A DNA stretch of 63,929 bases, the filler included, from Rhabdomonas costata (lineage: Eukaryota): NCBI GenBank assembly GCA_019059605.1. It is 29 parts of 29 records of this genome, joined end to end, with 100 filler letters (N's around TTAATTAATTAA, not from the genome) between each part and the next. Parts side by side here need not be neighbours in the genome. Positions count along the whole stretch, not along the records: positions 37,514 to 39,617 come from JAHMHO010005615.1; positions 39,718 to 41,821 come from JAHMHO010005616.1; positions 41,922 to 44,023 come from JAHMHO010005617.1; positions 44,124 to 46,227 come from JAHMHO010005618.1; positions 46,328 to 48,432 come from JAHMHO010005619.1; positions 48,533 to 50,637 come from JAHMHO010005620.1; 23 more parts are not named here. One strand, written 5' to 3'. Of this stretch, positions 37,514 to 49,105 are shown piece by piece. Both the position numbers and the translations under genes were made by a program. Under the pieces are notes generated by a model. That model saw only the letters and a program-made list of their open reading frames with translations, did not search any database and was not told the origin of the DNA. Positions within the stretch are counted from its first letter, which is position 1; the number at the start of each line of letters is the position of its first letter.

Positions 37514-39491
37514 TGGGTTGGAGAGCGAGTCGATCATGAAGAACAGCACGTTGGGGGCAGCGGGAGGGTAGGGAAACCTTCGGGCCCAATCGACAACCTA
37601 CAAACACCCAGAAAAAAGGGCACAAATAAAGAAAAATGAACCAAGGTCAAGGTCAGGTGGAAAAAGCTCAAACCATGCATTCGGTCGCTCCATCGTCGGG
37701 CCACGACTGAACCCGCCTGAAGTTAGAGGTGTCTTCATGGGTACCAAGCTTATGCGCTCTCACACTCCAGGTGGGCCCTGATCCTCATTCCCACTCCGGG
37801 CTTTGTTCCCACTCCATGGACCGGGTGGACTGGCTTGACTATCCTTCCATTCACGATGTCAATTTGACCCAACTTCTCTCCCATCACTCCCAATTGCCGG
37901 GGCTTCTTTCTAATTCTGATGGACCCTCCCAGCTCTCTGGCATTCTACTTCTCGCATCGCAGTCATTCTCTTCTCAGGGCTGAGCTGGAAATCAACCCAC
38001 CCCCACACAACGCCATTATGCATCCCTTATCTTGTTCATGCTCTTTCGAGAGGCAGGGTAAGGAAACGTTATCGACCAAGAGGAACCACAATACAGAAGT
38101 AGAAGTGGGGCACACGAGTGATAATTATATTTCCATCACAAACATACACACACACAAAAGTGCTACCTCAGGCTTCGGCACATGCTGCACATGATAGTTC
38201 ATTGAGGACCCGCAGGTGACCTCGAACCAAGCCGCGGAGGTGTTAATGGTGAGGTTTCGCCCCGAAGGGTGGGGCGCAAACTCTTTTGCGGGCATCGTCC
38301 AGCTGGGCTTCCCGGGGCGGAAGCGGCCGTCGAAGTGCCCCAAGTCCGTCTGTAAGGTCACCGTGGTGGGGCAGGACACCGTCAGCTGCTGGGGCGCCAC
38401 GAAAGAGGAGAACTGGGGCTGAAAAAATAAAAGGGATGCTGCGGGACACTTGAAAACGGCACCACCACCACCACCACCACCCGGACTTACAAAAATCACT
38501 CTCAGTTTCAAAACTTATAAACGCACAACACATTTGCATTGAGGCGCTACAGGAAAAGGATGACTACAAGGGCATCAGCATCAACAAATAGCTATGCCAG
38601 CACGGGAAGGGGTTCAAGCCATTAAGCGTTCAAAGAAACCTACCGCAAGAGAGTTGTTTTGCTATGACAAGCACCTGCACATGTCGATGAAAACTCAGAA
38701 TTTGATCAAGCAGCCCAGGAAGGAACCACAAGCAATAAAAGGCACTGAAAGGATTGATTATGCCAGGTAGGAACGCACAATCTTGGAGCATGAATCAGAA
38801 ATCGGGAAGGGAACTCACACCACAGAAGTGCACGGCCGGGAGCCAGCCAGGAAGTTTCCCCAGCCCACAGGAATCATGGTGTGGTAGGAAAAAAGGTCGA
38901 TCGGAAACGGGCAGCGGGGGAACTCTGATGGGGGCGTCATCCGCTGCCCAACAAGGCCGATGTCCATGCTGTTCTTCGAGGCCTGGTTCCACATACACAC
39001 GCTCACTGCTTTCTCGCTTTCTTCGTTTTGCACACTGCTAACAATTCTCTTTGCCAAACGGGAAGTTAGCGAATGAGAGAAAATACTGACTCCGAGAACG
39101 CGTTCATTTTCCAAACTGTCCCTTGTGCGGTCGAAATCCGTCATCAAGTCTCGTTTCGAAATCATCACATTCTTCTTATCCTTTTTCCGTTGGCCTTGCA
39201 AAGCTCGCAGAGGAAGGAAGCGAAGGCAGGGAAGGGAATGGGGCATACTCCCCGCACGGCGTACAGAAGGTACACCGAGAGCAGCCCCAGGAGGGCAAGG
39301 TGGCACCGGCGGCCAGCTGAGATCACCAGAATCAGCCCGATGTCCAGCACGTAGTTTGCCAGGATGAACACCGAGAGGATCATCGCCCCCAGCTGGTCCG
39401 TCAGCTTCGTGTGAGACTCGCCCATCCCCAGCATGTTGTAGTACAGCACGCAGTACACCTCCGCGCACACGAAGGGCAGCGGCGCCAGCAG
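37514..39491 (-). CDS. DUF229-like membrane protein (alkaline phosphatase/sulfatase superfamily), 3 exons
   Basis: Exons 39491-39249 (TM helices), 38418-38167 and 37597-<37514 join through phase-0 GT-AG introns. The last exon reads PNVLFFMIDSLS, the metal-binding strand of this superfamily. Confidence 0.75.
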
Positions 39492-40509
39492 CTGCACACA
39501 GCACGCCGCACACTCACAGGGGAAGCTTGTGATGGATCATTTGGTCTTCTTTTCTTTCTCACACAGTGGGTACCCCCAGAAATAACACACAACGCGGACT
39601 GCTGCGAAAAGGCAGTCNNNNNNNNNNNNNNNNNNNNNNNNNNNNNNNNNNNNNNNNNNNNTTAATTAATTAANNNNNNNNNNNNNNNNNNNNNNNNNNN
39701 NNNNNNNNNNNNNNNNNCGTGTGGGTGTGTTTGGTTTGGGTTTGAAGAGATTTCTGGAAGGGGTATAAGCGCTATTGGCAAGCTCCTTTTCAATTTCCAA
39801 TTCCCAGTGTATCAGTCTTGTGTTAGAGTTGGAAGGCACATCCTCACGTTACACCGCACCTTCGATTCAGCGGGGAGTAGCGAACTCCGCTGAGTCAAGG
39901 CATATATTGCTCGGGCCACCCTAAAAGCGAGAGTTTTAGAGATGTAATGATGAAGTGTTCCATTTGAACAGCTTGGTTGGTGGGAATAGGTATCTTTGCA
40001 AACGGCTCACTGAGAAAACTACATTGCGATATGGTGTTCTTTCATGGCACGCGACTTTATGGGGTTTTTGGACTTTTTGGGCTTTTTCGGACATAAAACG
40101 ACCTTACTGAGTGAGTCTTTGAGCTTCCGTGGTCTGTTTTTGCCGAATTATCGTCTCAGCTGCAACTCTCACTTTGTGACATGACCCGCGCCGTATTTCC
40201 CGTTTTTTTTTTTGAATTTGAGATATATTTTACCATCCCATCCAGAGGTTGCAATATCAGTGATGGGCTCGATTGTGTCATTAAGGCGACTTCTTGGGGG
40301 TTGTTGCGTAAAATTTGGTGAGATTGGGACCCCCACTTGAAAGGTGCATCACTGGACCAAACATAGTCAATTGCGGGTATTTTCTGGAAATTTTCTATGC
40401 AAAGTCAGCAGCGAGATGGACTGCTCCTCCCTGAACACAGCGCCACTGCAGAGTCTGTTGTGAGCGCTGTCCCACAGTCTCATGGAATTGCATCCTCCCA
40501 AAATCACAG

Positions 40510-40664
40510 TGGGTGGACTTCCCGAAGCGCCTGGCGGTGATGATGGAGAAGAACTTCGCCACGTCGTACGGCGGCAGCAAGCCCCTGGTGGTGGAGCACG
40601 GCGACGTGGACTACCGCATTAACTTCCAGGAGATGCGCGCCATCGACACGATGAACTTCCACAG
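40510..40664 (+). CDS. WWE-domain exon
   Basis: CACAG| acceptor at 40509. WVDFPKRLAVMMEKNF...DYRINFQEM fits the WWE pattern (W..F......IE..F...Y.IDF..M). High GC3. The 3' end is uncertain (probable GC donor at 40665). Confidence 0.7.
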
Positions 40665-41350
40665 GCTCGCGCTTCTCCGTTTCGCTCCGCACGGAAGGCC
40701 ATTGCTGTCCTGTTTTTATGCGGGCACTGTCGTGCGAGCCCCGTGTGGTGATTTTTCTGGGACAGCGCGCGGTTCCCTATGCAGCACATCAATTGTACCG
40801 TTGTCCTCCTTCTCCCTTCGCCCTGGGGCTCGACGGGAGTGCGACAAAGTGGGGGTGGGGGTCATCAAACTCAAACTTTTTGATTCATACAAGCGTGTGG
40901 TCAGGGGGCAGAAGCGAGCATACCCCGATAACACTGTTTTGCCAGGTTCTCAGTCCTAGGCAGGTGACATCGCAAAATTGTAGACCGGTGCACCCAGCCA
41001 ACACACAAGCCAGCCGTTGAAAGTCATCACAAACACCTGCACGTCATACTCTGAATACGGTATGCGCCATTCCTTGCCGCCTTATGGGATGTTCCCTGCT
41101 TTGTTGTATTTTTCAGAAAGCAAATCGATGCAACAATAATTCACAGAGAGCTGACGCTGTACAATGGTCAGTATAAAACGAGTAAGGTGCAAGCAGCAGT
41201 AAGCAGTAACTTACGAGAGGGGAGGAGCTGCCTGACAAGAAATTGGACCCTGAAGGTGGAGCGTCTAGTCGCCTTGTGTATGCAGCAGCAGCCTTGCAGC
41301 CTGGTTCTGAGCTCTTCTGCCCTTCAGCTCACCCTTGGCACGGGGTTGAT

Positions 41351-41795
41351 TAACGGGCCCAATGGAAGTTGGGGGGAGTGGTAACCGTTACCAGTTGTAA
41401 CAGAAAAATGGCTAAAGAATTTTTGATGAATTAACTGAAAGCGGTGACGTAAAGTATGCCAGCACTCTCGAAATGAGTGCATTTTTGTGTAAGAGGGGGT
41501 TACGTTAGCTTTTCCAGTGCCCCCTGGATGATTGTTTTTGTTTAACAGCTGAAAACTACTGCTGGCTATGGACTCGCCAATGGCTGGAATATGGGCGGAA
41601 GAGTCGGACAGCATTAGTTTAGGGGCGAAGGCCAGTCGGCGCCACGGCCGGAGCGGGCGGCTGGGGCGGAGACGTGACCTGGGGGCCCTTTAGAACGTTT
41701 AAAATATGCTCCCGTTGTAAAAATTGTTACATTCGTAACTTTTACCACCGGTAACCGTTGCGACTCCCCCACCCCCAACTCCATTGCACCCATTA
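41351..41795. mobile_element. Degenerate MITE-like element with ~55-bp imperfect terminal inverted repeats
   Basis: 41351-41403 aligns with the reverse complement of 41739-41795. The 17-mer GGCCCAATGGAAGTTGG (41356-41372) recurs exactly at 51069-51085 on another contig. Confidence 0.65.
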
Positions 41796-44478
41796 CCGCG
41801 TTCACAGCAAAAAAAAAACACNNNNNNNNNNNNNNNNNNNNNNNNNNNNNNNNNNNNNNNNNNNNTTAATTAATTAANNNNNNNNNNNNNNNNNNNNNNN
41901 NNNNNNNNNNNNNNNNNNNNNTGTTTTTTGGTTCGGCTATCGGCTTCCGAGTTTTGCTGTTCAATATTGCTTGGTGTCCGATCCGTCACACATGGAAGAT
42001 TATGACAGCAGCAGTGGCGCGAAAGCACAAGGGTGCAGTAGTATGGGTAAAAAAGAGGAGGAGGGGATGATGCAGTGGGAAAAGGAAAGGTTTGGGGGGA
42101 AAGGGGGGAGAGCTTGAGGAATGAGAGTGGTGCTGCTGAGGAACAGAGGTAGGCGAAGTGGTTGTTGGTTGCTGGTTGGAGAGACGTGAGAGAAAGGGGT
42201 GGGGAGGCGGCGGGCTTTGGTTTTTTCCATACTTTCACGGATGCATCTGCATCCGTTTAGTTTCGGTTGGCCTTGGTCAAGTTTTTATTAACAATCGGTC
42301 CGTTTAGGTCTTCCTGCTAATGTTCCGATGTCCGGTAAAATGGAGCTTTTTGTTACTTTTTGGTATGCGCTTTTCCACCGTGCAACCTTTGAATGCGATT
42401 GTAACTTCACCTATTTTTTTCTTGATTTTAGTTTAGGTTGCTGAAATTGCTTTTCCATTGTGAACTGTGGGATTCGTGTGTTTGCGCCTGTGTTACCTCA
42501 GGACAGCGATCCTCCACTAAACATTCCTGGACGGGCAAAACTGACCTGGTATGTGTGGTTCTGGAATGCCAGCTGCTGCTGCCATTCTGCAAGTCTAAAG
42601 TTTTGCTGCTGCGGCAGCATAGTGTGCTATATTCGTTCATCTTATCTTCAGTCTTTTTGCCCTGCGAGCGCTGCCACACAACGGTGCGCGTTTCGCCTCT
42701 GACGTTCGCGCGGGTTGGGTAGTTTTTTGTGTTTGTGTTGGTGACCGCACGATCGATTCTTCTGCAGAATCATTTTCAGGGGGTGAGGTGAAAGAGCCAG
42801 GCTTTATCACTGGGCAAGAGTGCATATGATGCGGTTGCGTATGTTGCCTCAAAAGCAGGCCGAGGTTGTCTTTTTGAGCAAATACGGCATGGGATGTGTT
42901 GGGAAAGTCAGTCTTGCATTTGCACCAACACCACATTAATACGCACCTGTGCACCTTGCTGCACATCTGTGACTGTGTGCTGCTGCTGCAACAAATTGGA
43001 GGACTACGGGAAGTTTCGAGCTGGTGTCCCCCGTTTTTTCAAGAAGGTCTTGGGTCGCGTGATGTTTTCATGGATGGAGTGTTGCCTGGAGCTGTGCTGC
43101 TCGCTCTGAAGCGGTATCCGCTTCCGTCGCATGTGGCGTGCACGGCTACCCAGAAAGGCGCCAAGAGTAGGTTTATGGAGAATTGGACCTTTTCAGCGTT
43201 CTTCCAGTTCCTCCACGGGAAGCATTTACCGTCGTGTGGAGAATGCTATCTTTTATTCTACGAAAGTGCCCGGTTCCTCCTGTATGAGGGTTCTTTTTTA
43301 TCCACTTTTTGCCGGGTGGCAATCCGTTTGGTGGACGTGGAGGTTTCTTCTTGTTAGAACTGAGATTTGGTCTACTGTGGAGATTCTTGTTACAGTGTCT
43401 TGTCGTGCGCTTCTCCTGCATTGCACCAGTATGCACTGTCGGGTGAATTCACGAAAGTGCATGCTTAGTATTTCAGTGTCCCAACTGCGTCGATTTTAAC
43501 TGTATGCCTTTAGTAGTCGTTTATTTGATTTCGATAGCTTGGCTTCCACTATAACACTGGAGTGCAGACCCCATATCCCAGGATGATGTTGGAGCGCGGA
43601 AGTTCGATGCACACAGTGCCTGCTGTAACTCCCGTTCTGTAAATCAGATTTTTTTACCCTTTTTTCCAGTCGGCCGATTTTTTTGGGGACAAAAACCTAT
43701 CTTTTTCCACCCGCCACTAGAAAAAAACAGCCGCCGATAAAATGCGCGTTTTCTTTGGGGCGTTCCAACGAAGACGGAAGACGGGGAGAGAGAGAGAGAG
43801 AGAGCGGGGGTTCGACTGAAATCTTGAATCTCAAATCTTGAATGGGCCGAGTATATGTGGAACGTTTTTGGGAACACTGGAAACCACCGGATACCACCGG
43901 AAACAACGAAAACGATACGGGAGAGAAACCGCCAGCGGAAAGGGAGAGGAATTGACTGAAATCGAAATGATTCCCTTTTTTAAAATTAAATCACGGGACT
44001 GACCTTGAGGCAGCACCCAACACNNNNNNNNNNNNNNNNNNNNNNNNNNNNNNNNNNNNNNNNNNNNTTAATTAATTAANNNNNNNNNNNNNNNNNNNNN
44101 NNNNNNNNNNNNNNNNNNNNNNNGGTTTGTGGGGTGTTGTGTTTGGTGGCGGGGATGAGGGTGAGGTTTATGCACTGTATTGCAGAAACGGCTTTTCTGT
44201 CAGGCCTTTTTTATTCTGCCCAAAATGGGAAGTTTGGGTGTTGGGTGGGAAGGATTCCAGGAAAATAGAGGGGGATGGGCACTATTACGCAGATGGCTCA
44301 TCACTGATTTCCGAAGACACGGTCGCCTTCCCAAGGGCCAAGTGGCCCGCGGAAACGGCGAGCTGCTATTTCGACTGGTGGCGGGGGGGGTACCCTAATC
44401 ACTCAACCGGCGGGAATATAGCGATCTCAAATTTCCGTGACTGTGCACAAGAAGGTCTAGCATGTTCCTCTTCCACAG

Positions 44479-46052
44479 GCAATTGATTGAAAGTCTGAAG
44501 CTCTTGCTGTCCCACCCGAAAGTTGACGTCAACAAGCCCTCCGCTGTGGCGGGGTATCCGCTCTCTCTTCTCCACCTTTTTCTATCTCCCGGTAATCGGT
44601 AATGCTTCGAAATCGGACGAGGGTATGGATCAGCGCAAATCAGTGCCAACGGAGAGCCCCCCGGGATGACACGGCCCTGGCCCGGAAAGCCGCGGCGTGA
44701 AACAGACCAACTTCGACTACTGCGTCGACGGCCTGTTGTGAAGGAAGTCGAGTGGAGGAAGGGTCCAACAGAGGGGAAACTGCGGGGCGCATTGGAGTGT
44801 TTCGCGTACTTTTGCAATGTGAATATATGTGTTTCTTCGTTGTCCTCTGCTCTCTGTTGTGCTGGTTGCAGCGTTTTCTTGTGGGTTATTATTGTCCGCT
44901 CTGCGAACTTTTCCCCATAAGGCAGGCGGAGACCCCCTTGATACAAGCGATCACTCTGGAACTGCCGTCAGTGGTGAAGACTCTGCTGGCCCACTCCCGG
45001 GTGGACGTCCACCGTGCCGTTGTGAACCGCTCGACCAGCTGCATCATGACGCCTTTGCTGTGCGCAGGTGCGCAGAATACTCGCAAAATCTCTTGATACT
45101 TTTGTTTTGACACTATCATAAACACCTATCCTGCCTCATGGCGGGGTCGCCGTTCTTCGCATCCTCTATCCTCTATACGCTGCTGAAACCGGGCTGCCCC
45201 CCTTCCCCCTTTCTCCTTTCTAAGTTCACCAAAACAACAGCGAGATGGTGAGCCTTCTTCTGGAGCACGGCGACCTGGGCTTGTCTGACTTGAACCATCA
45301 GTACAGAGCAAGGATGCTGGTGTGGTCCTCGTGCTCCGCGTATTGGTTCCTTCTTTTCTTTTCTGTTGTAGCGTTGGAGTGTCGTCAAATGACTCCTTGA
45401 CTCCTTTTTCCTTGGCTTGTGTCCCCGATGCCCTCCGTTATTGTTCATTCTGGTGATCAAAACGTCGCAACCGGTGCATTGAATGACTGGCCGGAAAAGC
45501 AGAAAAGCCTAACTTCGGAGCGAGGGATGAATTTGATCGAAAGCAGGCGCGTTTTTCGTTCAGAGAAGGGAGGTGTAGCCCCAGGACTTGCCTCTTTTCC
45601 CAGCGGCAAGTTTCGTTGTCGATGGCTCGCTCTCGATTTTGAGTGTTGGTTTGGACTGGTTGGTTGGTGCGGCAGCGGTAGCATTGACCTTAGCAAATCT
45701 CGGTGCAACCCCGCAATCTTGAACATCCAAAAGCAGATGGTACCACGGGCACCGGCATCGGGATCACAACCGTGTGATCCCGATGCCGATCAAGCTCAGG
45801 AAGAACAGCTGCGTTTGATATGTTGTGGGACTCATAGCTTTGTTCATTGATGCATCCCTCCACCCTGCACAGGCAGCCTATCTCATGGCGAAGCAGAGAG
45901 GTAGTGCGGCGATTGTCGCACAGCTGCGGGCGGGCTACGAGCTGCAGTGGTCCCCCAACACTCACCGGAGAATGCCTCGGTTCACCCGCGGGCAGATCCG
46001 TGCCTTCACCCTTATCTGCCACCGGCTGAAGCTGCTGCGAGACTGTCCTGAG
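44479..46052 (+). CDS. Ankyrin-repeat protein, 4 exons
   Basis: Exons 44479-44553, 44922-45067, 45225-45319 and 45873-46052 join in frame through GT-AG introns. Motifs LKLLLSHPKVDVN, ETPLIQAI...VVKTLLAHSRVDV and TPLLCAV...EMVSLLLEHG. Confidence 0.88.
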
Positions 46053-46835
46053 GTCCCTTCGTGTGTGTCGGGGGCCCTTCCTCCACAAAGTGGGCTGCTT
46101 TTATCCACTGTCAGAACACAGTCTAGTTTTTCTATCATCGCCACCTTCACCACAATACCACAATCCAATAGCGCACCGCCCTACCTTCAAAAGAAGGCAC
46201 AGCTGGAGTTGAGTCTTCCCCCACAACNNNNNNNNNNNNNNNNNNNNNNNNNNNNNNNNNNNNNNNNNNNNTTAATTAATTAANNNNNNNNNNNNNNNNN
46301 NNNNNNNNNNNNNNNNNNNNNNNNNNNGGTTTGGGTTTCATTATGATTAGAAGGTTTTCGAGGATTACCGAGCTCTGCGGCTTTGGCGCCGTCACTGTGA
46401 CTGTATGGGACCTCGGCGGGTGAGCGACACGCCGCCTTAGAGGATTTGAGGAGGGTGACCCAAAGAAAAAAATATAATAAACCGGTTTCTGAAGCAATCG
46501 AAACACGCACCAACCAGTTAAGCAGAATTGTTGCAGGGCATCTTCCAGTTCGCCGCTGAATTTCAGTCAAGTTTCACGCAGCCCATTTCTGCGCAATTGC
46601 TCGAATTTCCTTCCCTCTGCTGGAGTTACCTTGGTGCGCTGCATGTTGAAGTTAGTGCTCTGACAATCAGTGTGCAGCTTTTCTAGTGAGCTCTGTCTCT
46701 CTCTCATGTGACATGCTTCTTTGGCTGGACTGAGTGTTTCAGCACCACCAGCATTATGGGAACGTTCTTTTTGCCAATGGTCTTGTGGCTTTCTCTTGAA
46801 TGGTCTTGGAATCTGCAAACTCCACCGTCTCGGTC

Positions 46836-47140
46836 TTACCCACCACCGTGGCCAAGTGTGTCAAAAGTATTCCGAACCCACGGTTTCGAGCAGAACAACA
46901 TGCGACAGGCAGATACAAGCGTAGTGGAAATCATGAAAAATAGGGTTCCTCTTAACTGGGCAAAGTGCCCTGTTTGGGGATCGAACCACCCAAATGCAAT
47001 TTCCTCTTTGACAAGTGGAATCACTCATAGGCATGTTGGTTTGACAACGCATGCGTAATAGTGTTGTTTGTGCGCATTTTGAACCTTCGGTGCGTGAGCC
47101 AAAGTTATGGGAGTGCGCATGTGTATGGAGGGTTGTATAG
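46836..47140 (-). mobile_element. Possible degenerate CACTA/EnSpm-like transposase fragment
   Basis: IPLVKEEIAFGWFDPQTGHFAQLRGTLFFMIST resembles the PLV.EL...G..YD....F.LR..L...ISD segment of Transposase_21-type proteins. Interrupted by stops, judged by eye only. Confidence 0.25.
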
Positions 47141-47987
47141 CTGTGAGTTGCGTACCCACACTGATGCTAATAAAAATAAAAATAAAAATGAGAAAGTAGT
47201 CAATAGCCGATCAGACAAATATTATGTATTGCCCCCGGCGAGCCTTCATATGTCCATCTTTGACGTGGTCGAGTGTCCATGTACGGTGATACAATCCACA
47301 CTAAACATGGCAATTCCAGAACTTATACGGGAGCCTGGCAGGAGTAAGTGCGACACCCACCCAATGTCCGGACCAAACAGATTGTCGGGAAGTGGCTGAA
47401 TTGCGCACAGGGCAGGCAAGGGTGATGCCCGAGCTGCAATCTCAGTCCCTCCTTCAGAGGCTTTCCCAAGGAATGTGAAACACAAGAAAAGAGCCATTCA
47501 AAGAATCTACCAAGAACTGACAGAGAGAGATCAGGAAAACAACACTCACTGCCCATGAAACTGAACAATCCTACCTAGTTGTCTTTATGCATTTGCTATT
47601 TGTGTTGGTTAATTGGTTAAGAGCGTCAAGCCCATCTATGATGTGCAATGCTAGCTTGGGTTGGTTCCGCTCGGCTTCTCGCTGCTGCAGGTTCTTTGAA
47701 ATCAAGCTTAAAAACCGACTGAATCCAATTTGATCCGAAGAACACCATGTGAAACAACACAGCACTCCACCTCCACAACAACATTGTCCACCGCTCAAAG
47801 TCCCGCTGCGACAACACCAACAACAAAGAACGTAGCTCATTCGAAAGTACTCTCTGCTGCTCCACCTGAAAGGTAACAAACACACAGCAACAAAGACAAC
47901 TCAACTCAACTCAACTCTTCTCTTCGTTCAACACTACGAAATCTTCTGCTATCTAATACGAAGCTCCGAAGCTACGAAGTTTCTTCT

Positions 47988-48432
47988 TCACCAACCACCA
48001 TCACCAACCACATACGAAAACAACGTAGTCCACTGAGGCCTCGGCCTCAGCCGACCATCGTCCGTGAGGTATAACCTCCCTTTCCATTCCACACTTCGCA
48101 CAGTCATTCAACAACTCATACCACGGTGCTGACACCCAGTTGGGCGTCACCAGTAGCACCCTTGACCCTTCCATACGAATCTTTTCCAACACCAGTGAAA
48201 TAAGGCTCCACGGTGGGTTCGCATACAAACACACTTCAGGACTCCACACATATGCGAACGCGTTCCACCCTAACGCTTCCTCGTCATCCTCTTCCAGGGT
48301 GAAATACCTTGGAAGCTGATGATACCTTCTCGACGCAAACAAGTCCACACACGGTACGACTAACAAATTGCTACACATAGTCATGAAGATGGTTGGTTCC
48401 ACCTTCACCTCCTCCTCCATCCCGAAATTTGG
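47988..48432 (-). mobile_element. Transposon-type Dam-like N6-adenine DNA methyltransferase domain (copy 2, one frameshift)
   Basis: EEEVKVEPTIF...PCVDLFAS..YHQLPRYFT...NAFAYVW...LYANPPWSLI...VTPNWVSAPWY. After a frameshift near 48108 it continues MTVRSVEWKGRLYL...SYVVGDGGW*, colinear with copy 1. Confidence 0.9.
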
Positions 48433-48682
48433 NNNNNNNNNNNNNNNNNNNNNNNNNNNNNNNNNNNNNNNNNNNNTTAATTAATTAANNNNNNNNNNNN
48501 NNNNNNNNNNNNNNNNNNNNNNNNNNNNNNNNGGGTTTAGTGCTGTTCTGCTGCGCGAAAACTCCTCCGGATATTTGCGGCCTCCGAAAAACTGCCAGGG
48601 CTGTGTTCAAAGTGTCGTGACTGGAGCTCAGAAGGGCGGCTGCTTTGTGAGCGTGCCATTCTTTGCTCTGCACCGCCGTTCT

Positions 48683-49105
48683 CTAAATACTCGGCCATCC
48701 AGTCCACGAACCACTCGTGTAGCTCGGCGCGTACTCATCCAGATAACTGTTAAAGCTCCTGCGAAGTGCGGAGGCCTGGAAGCCTCGGAGCAGCAGCCCT
48801 TGTGCGTAGTATATCACTGCATCACGGAAGGCGGGCATGCTGTTGGTGATCGTGGACGCACGCACACAGAATGGATGAGAGAGAGGAGGAGGAGGAGGAG
48901 GCCTGAAGAAGTTCAGCTGGCCCAGCAGCCTTCGCTTGAACTCACGGACCCGAAGGAACCGCAGGAGGTACAGCGCCTGGCGGCGGTGGGACACCCCGCA
49001 GGGATCCTTGGTGTCCTGACTCAAAAGGGGGAAACGACGCTCAGAGTTGACGACGCCATCAGGAAGGTCAGGAGCTGCCTTTCGGGTCATGCAACGCCCG
49101 TCCAA
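48683..49105 (-). mobile_element. Degenerate Penelope-like (PLE) reverse transcriptase relic
   Basis: VRASTITNSMPAFRDAVIYYAQGLLLRGFQASALRRSFNSYL matches the PLE RT thumb pattern (RA..I.....F......L..RGY....I.R.F). Another frame upstream has a motif-B-like TFLM...RIPAGCPTA. No YxDD is visible. Confidence 0.5.
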
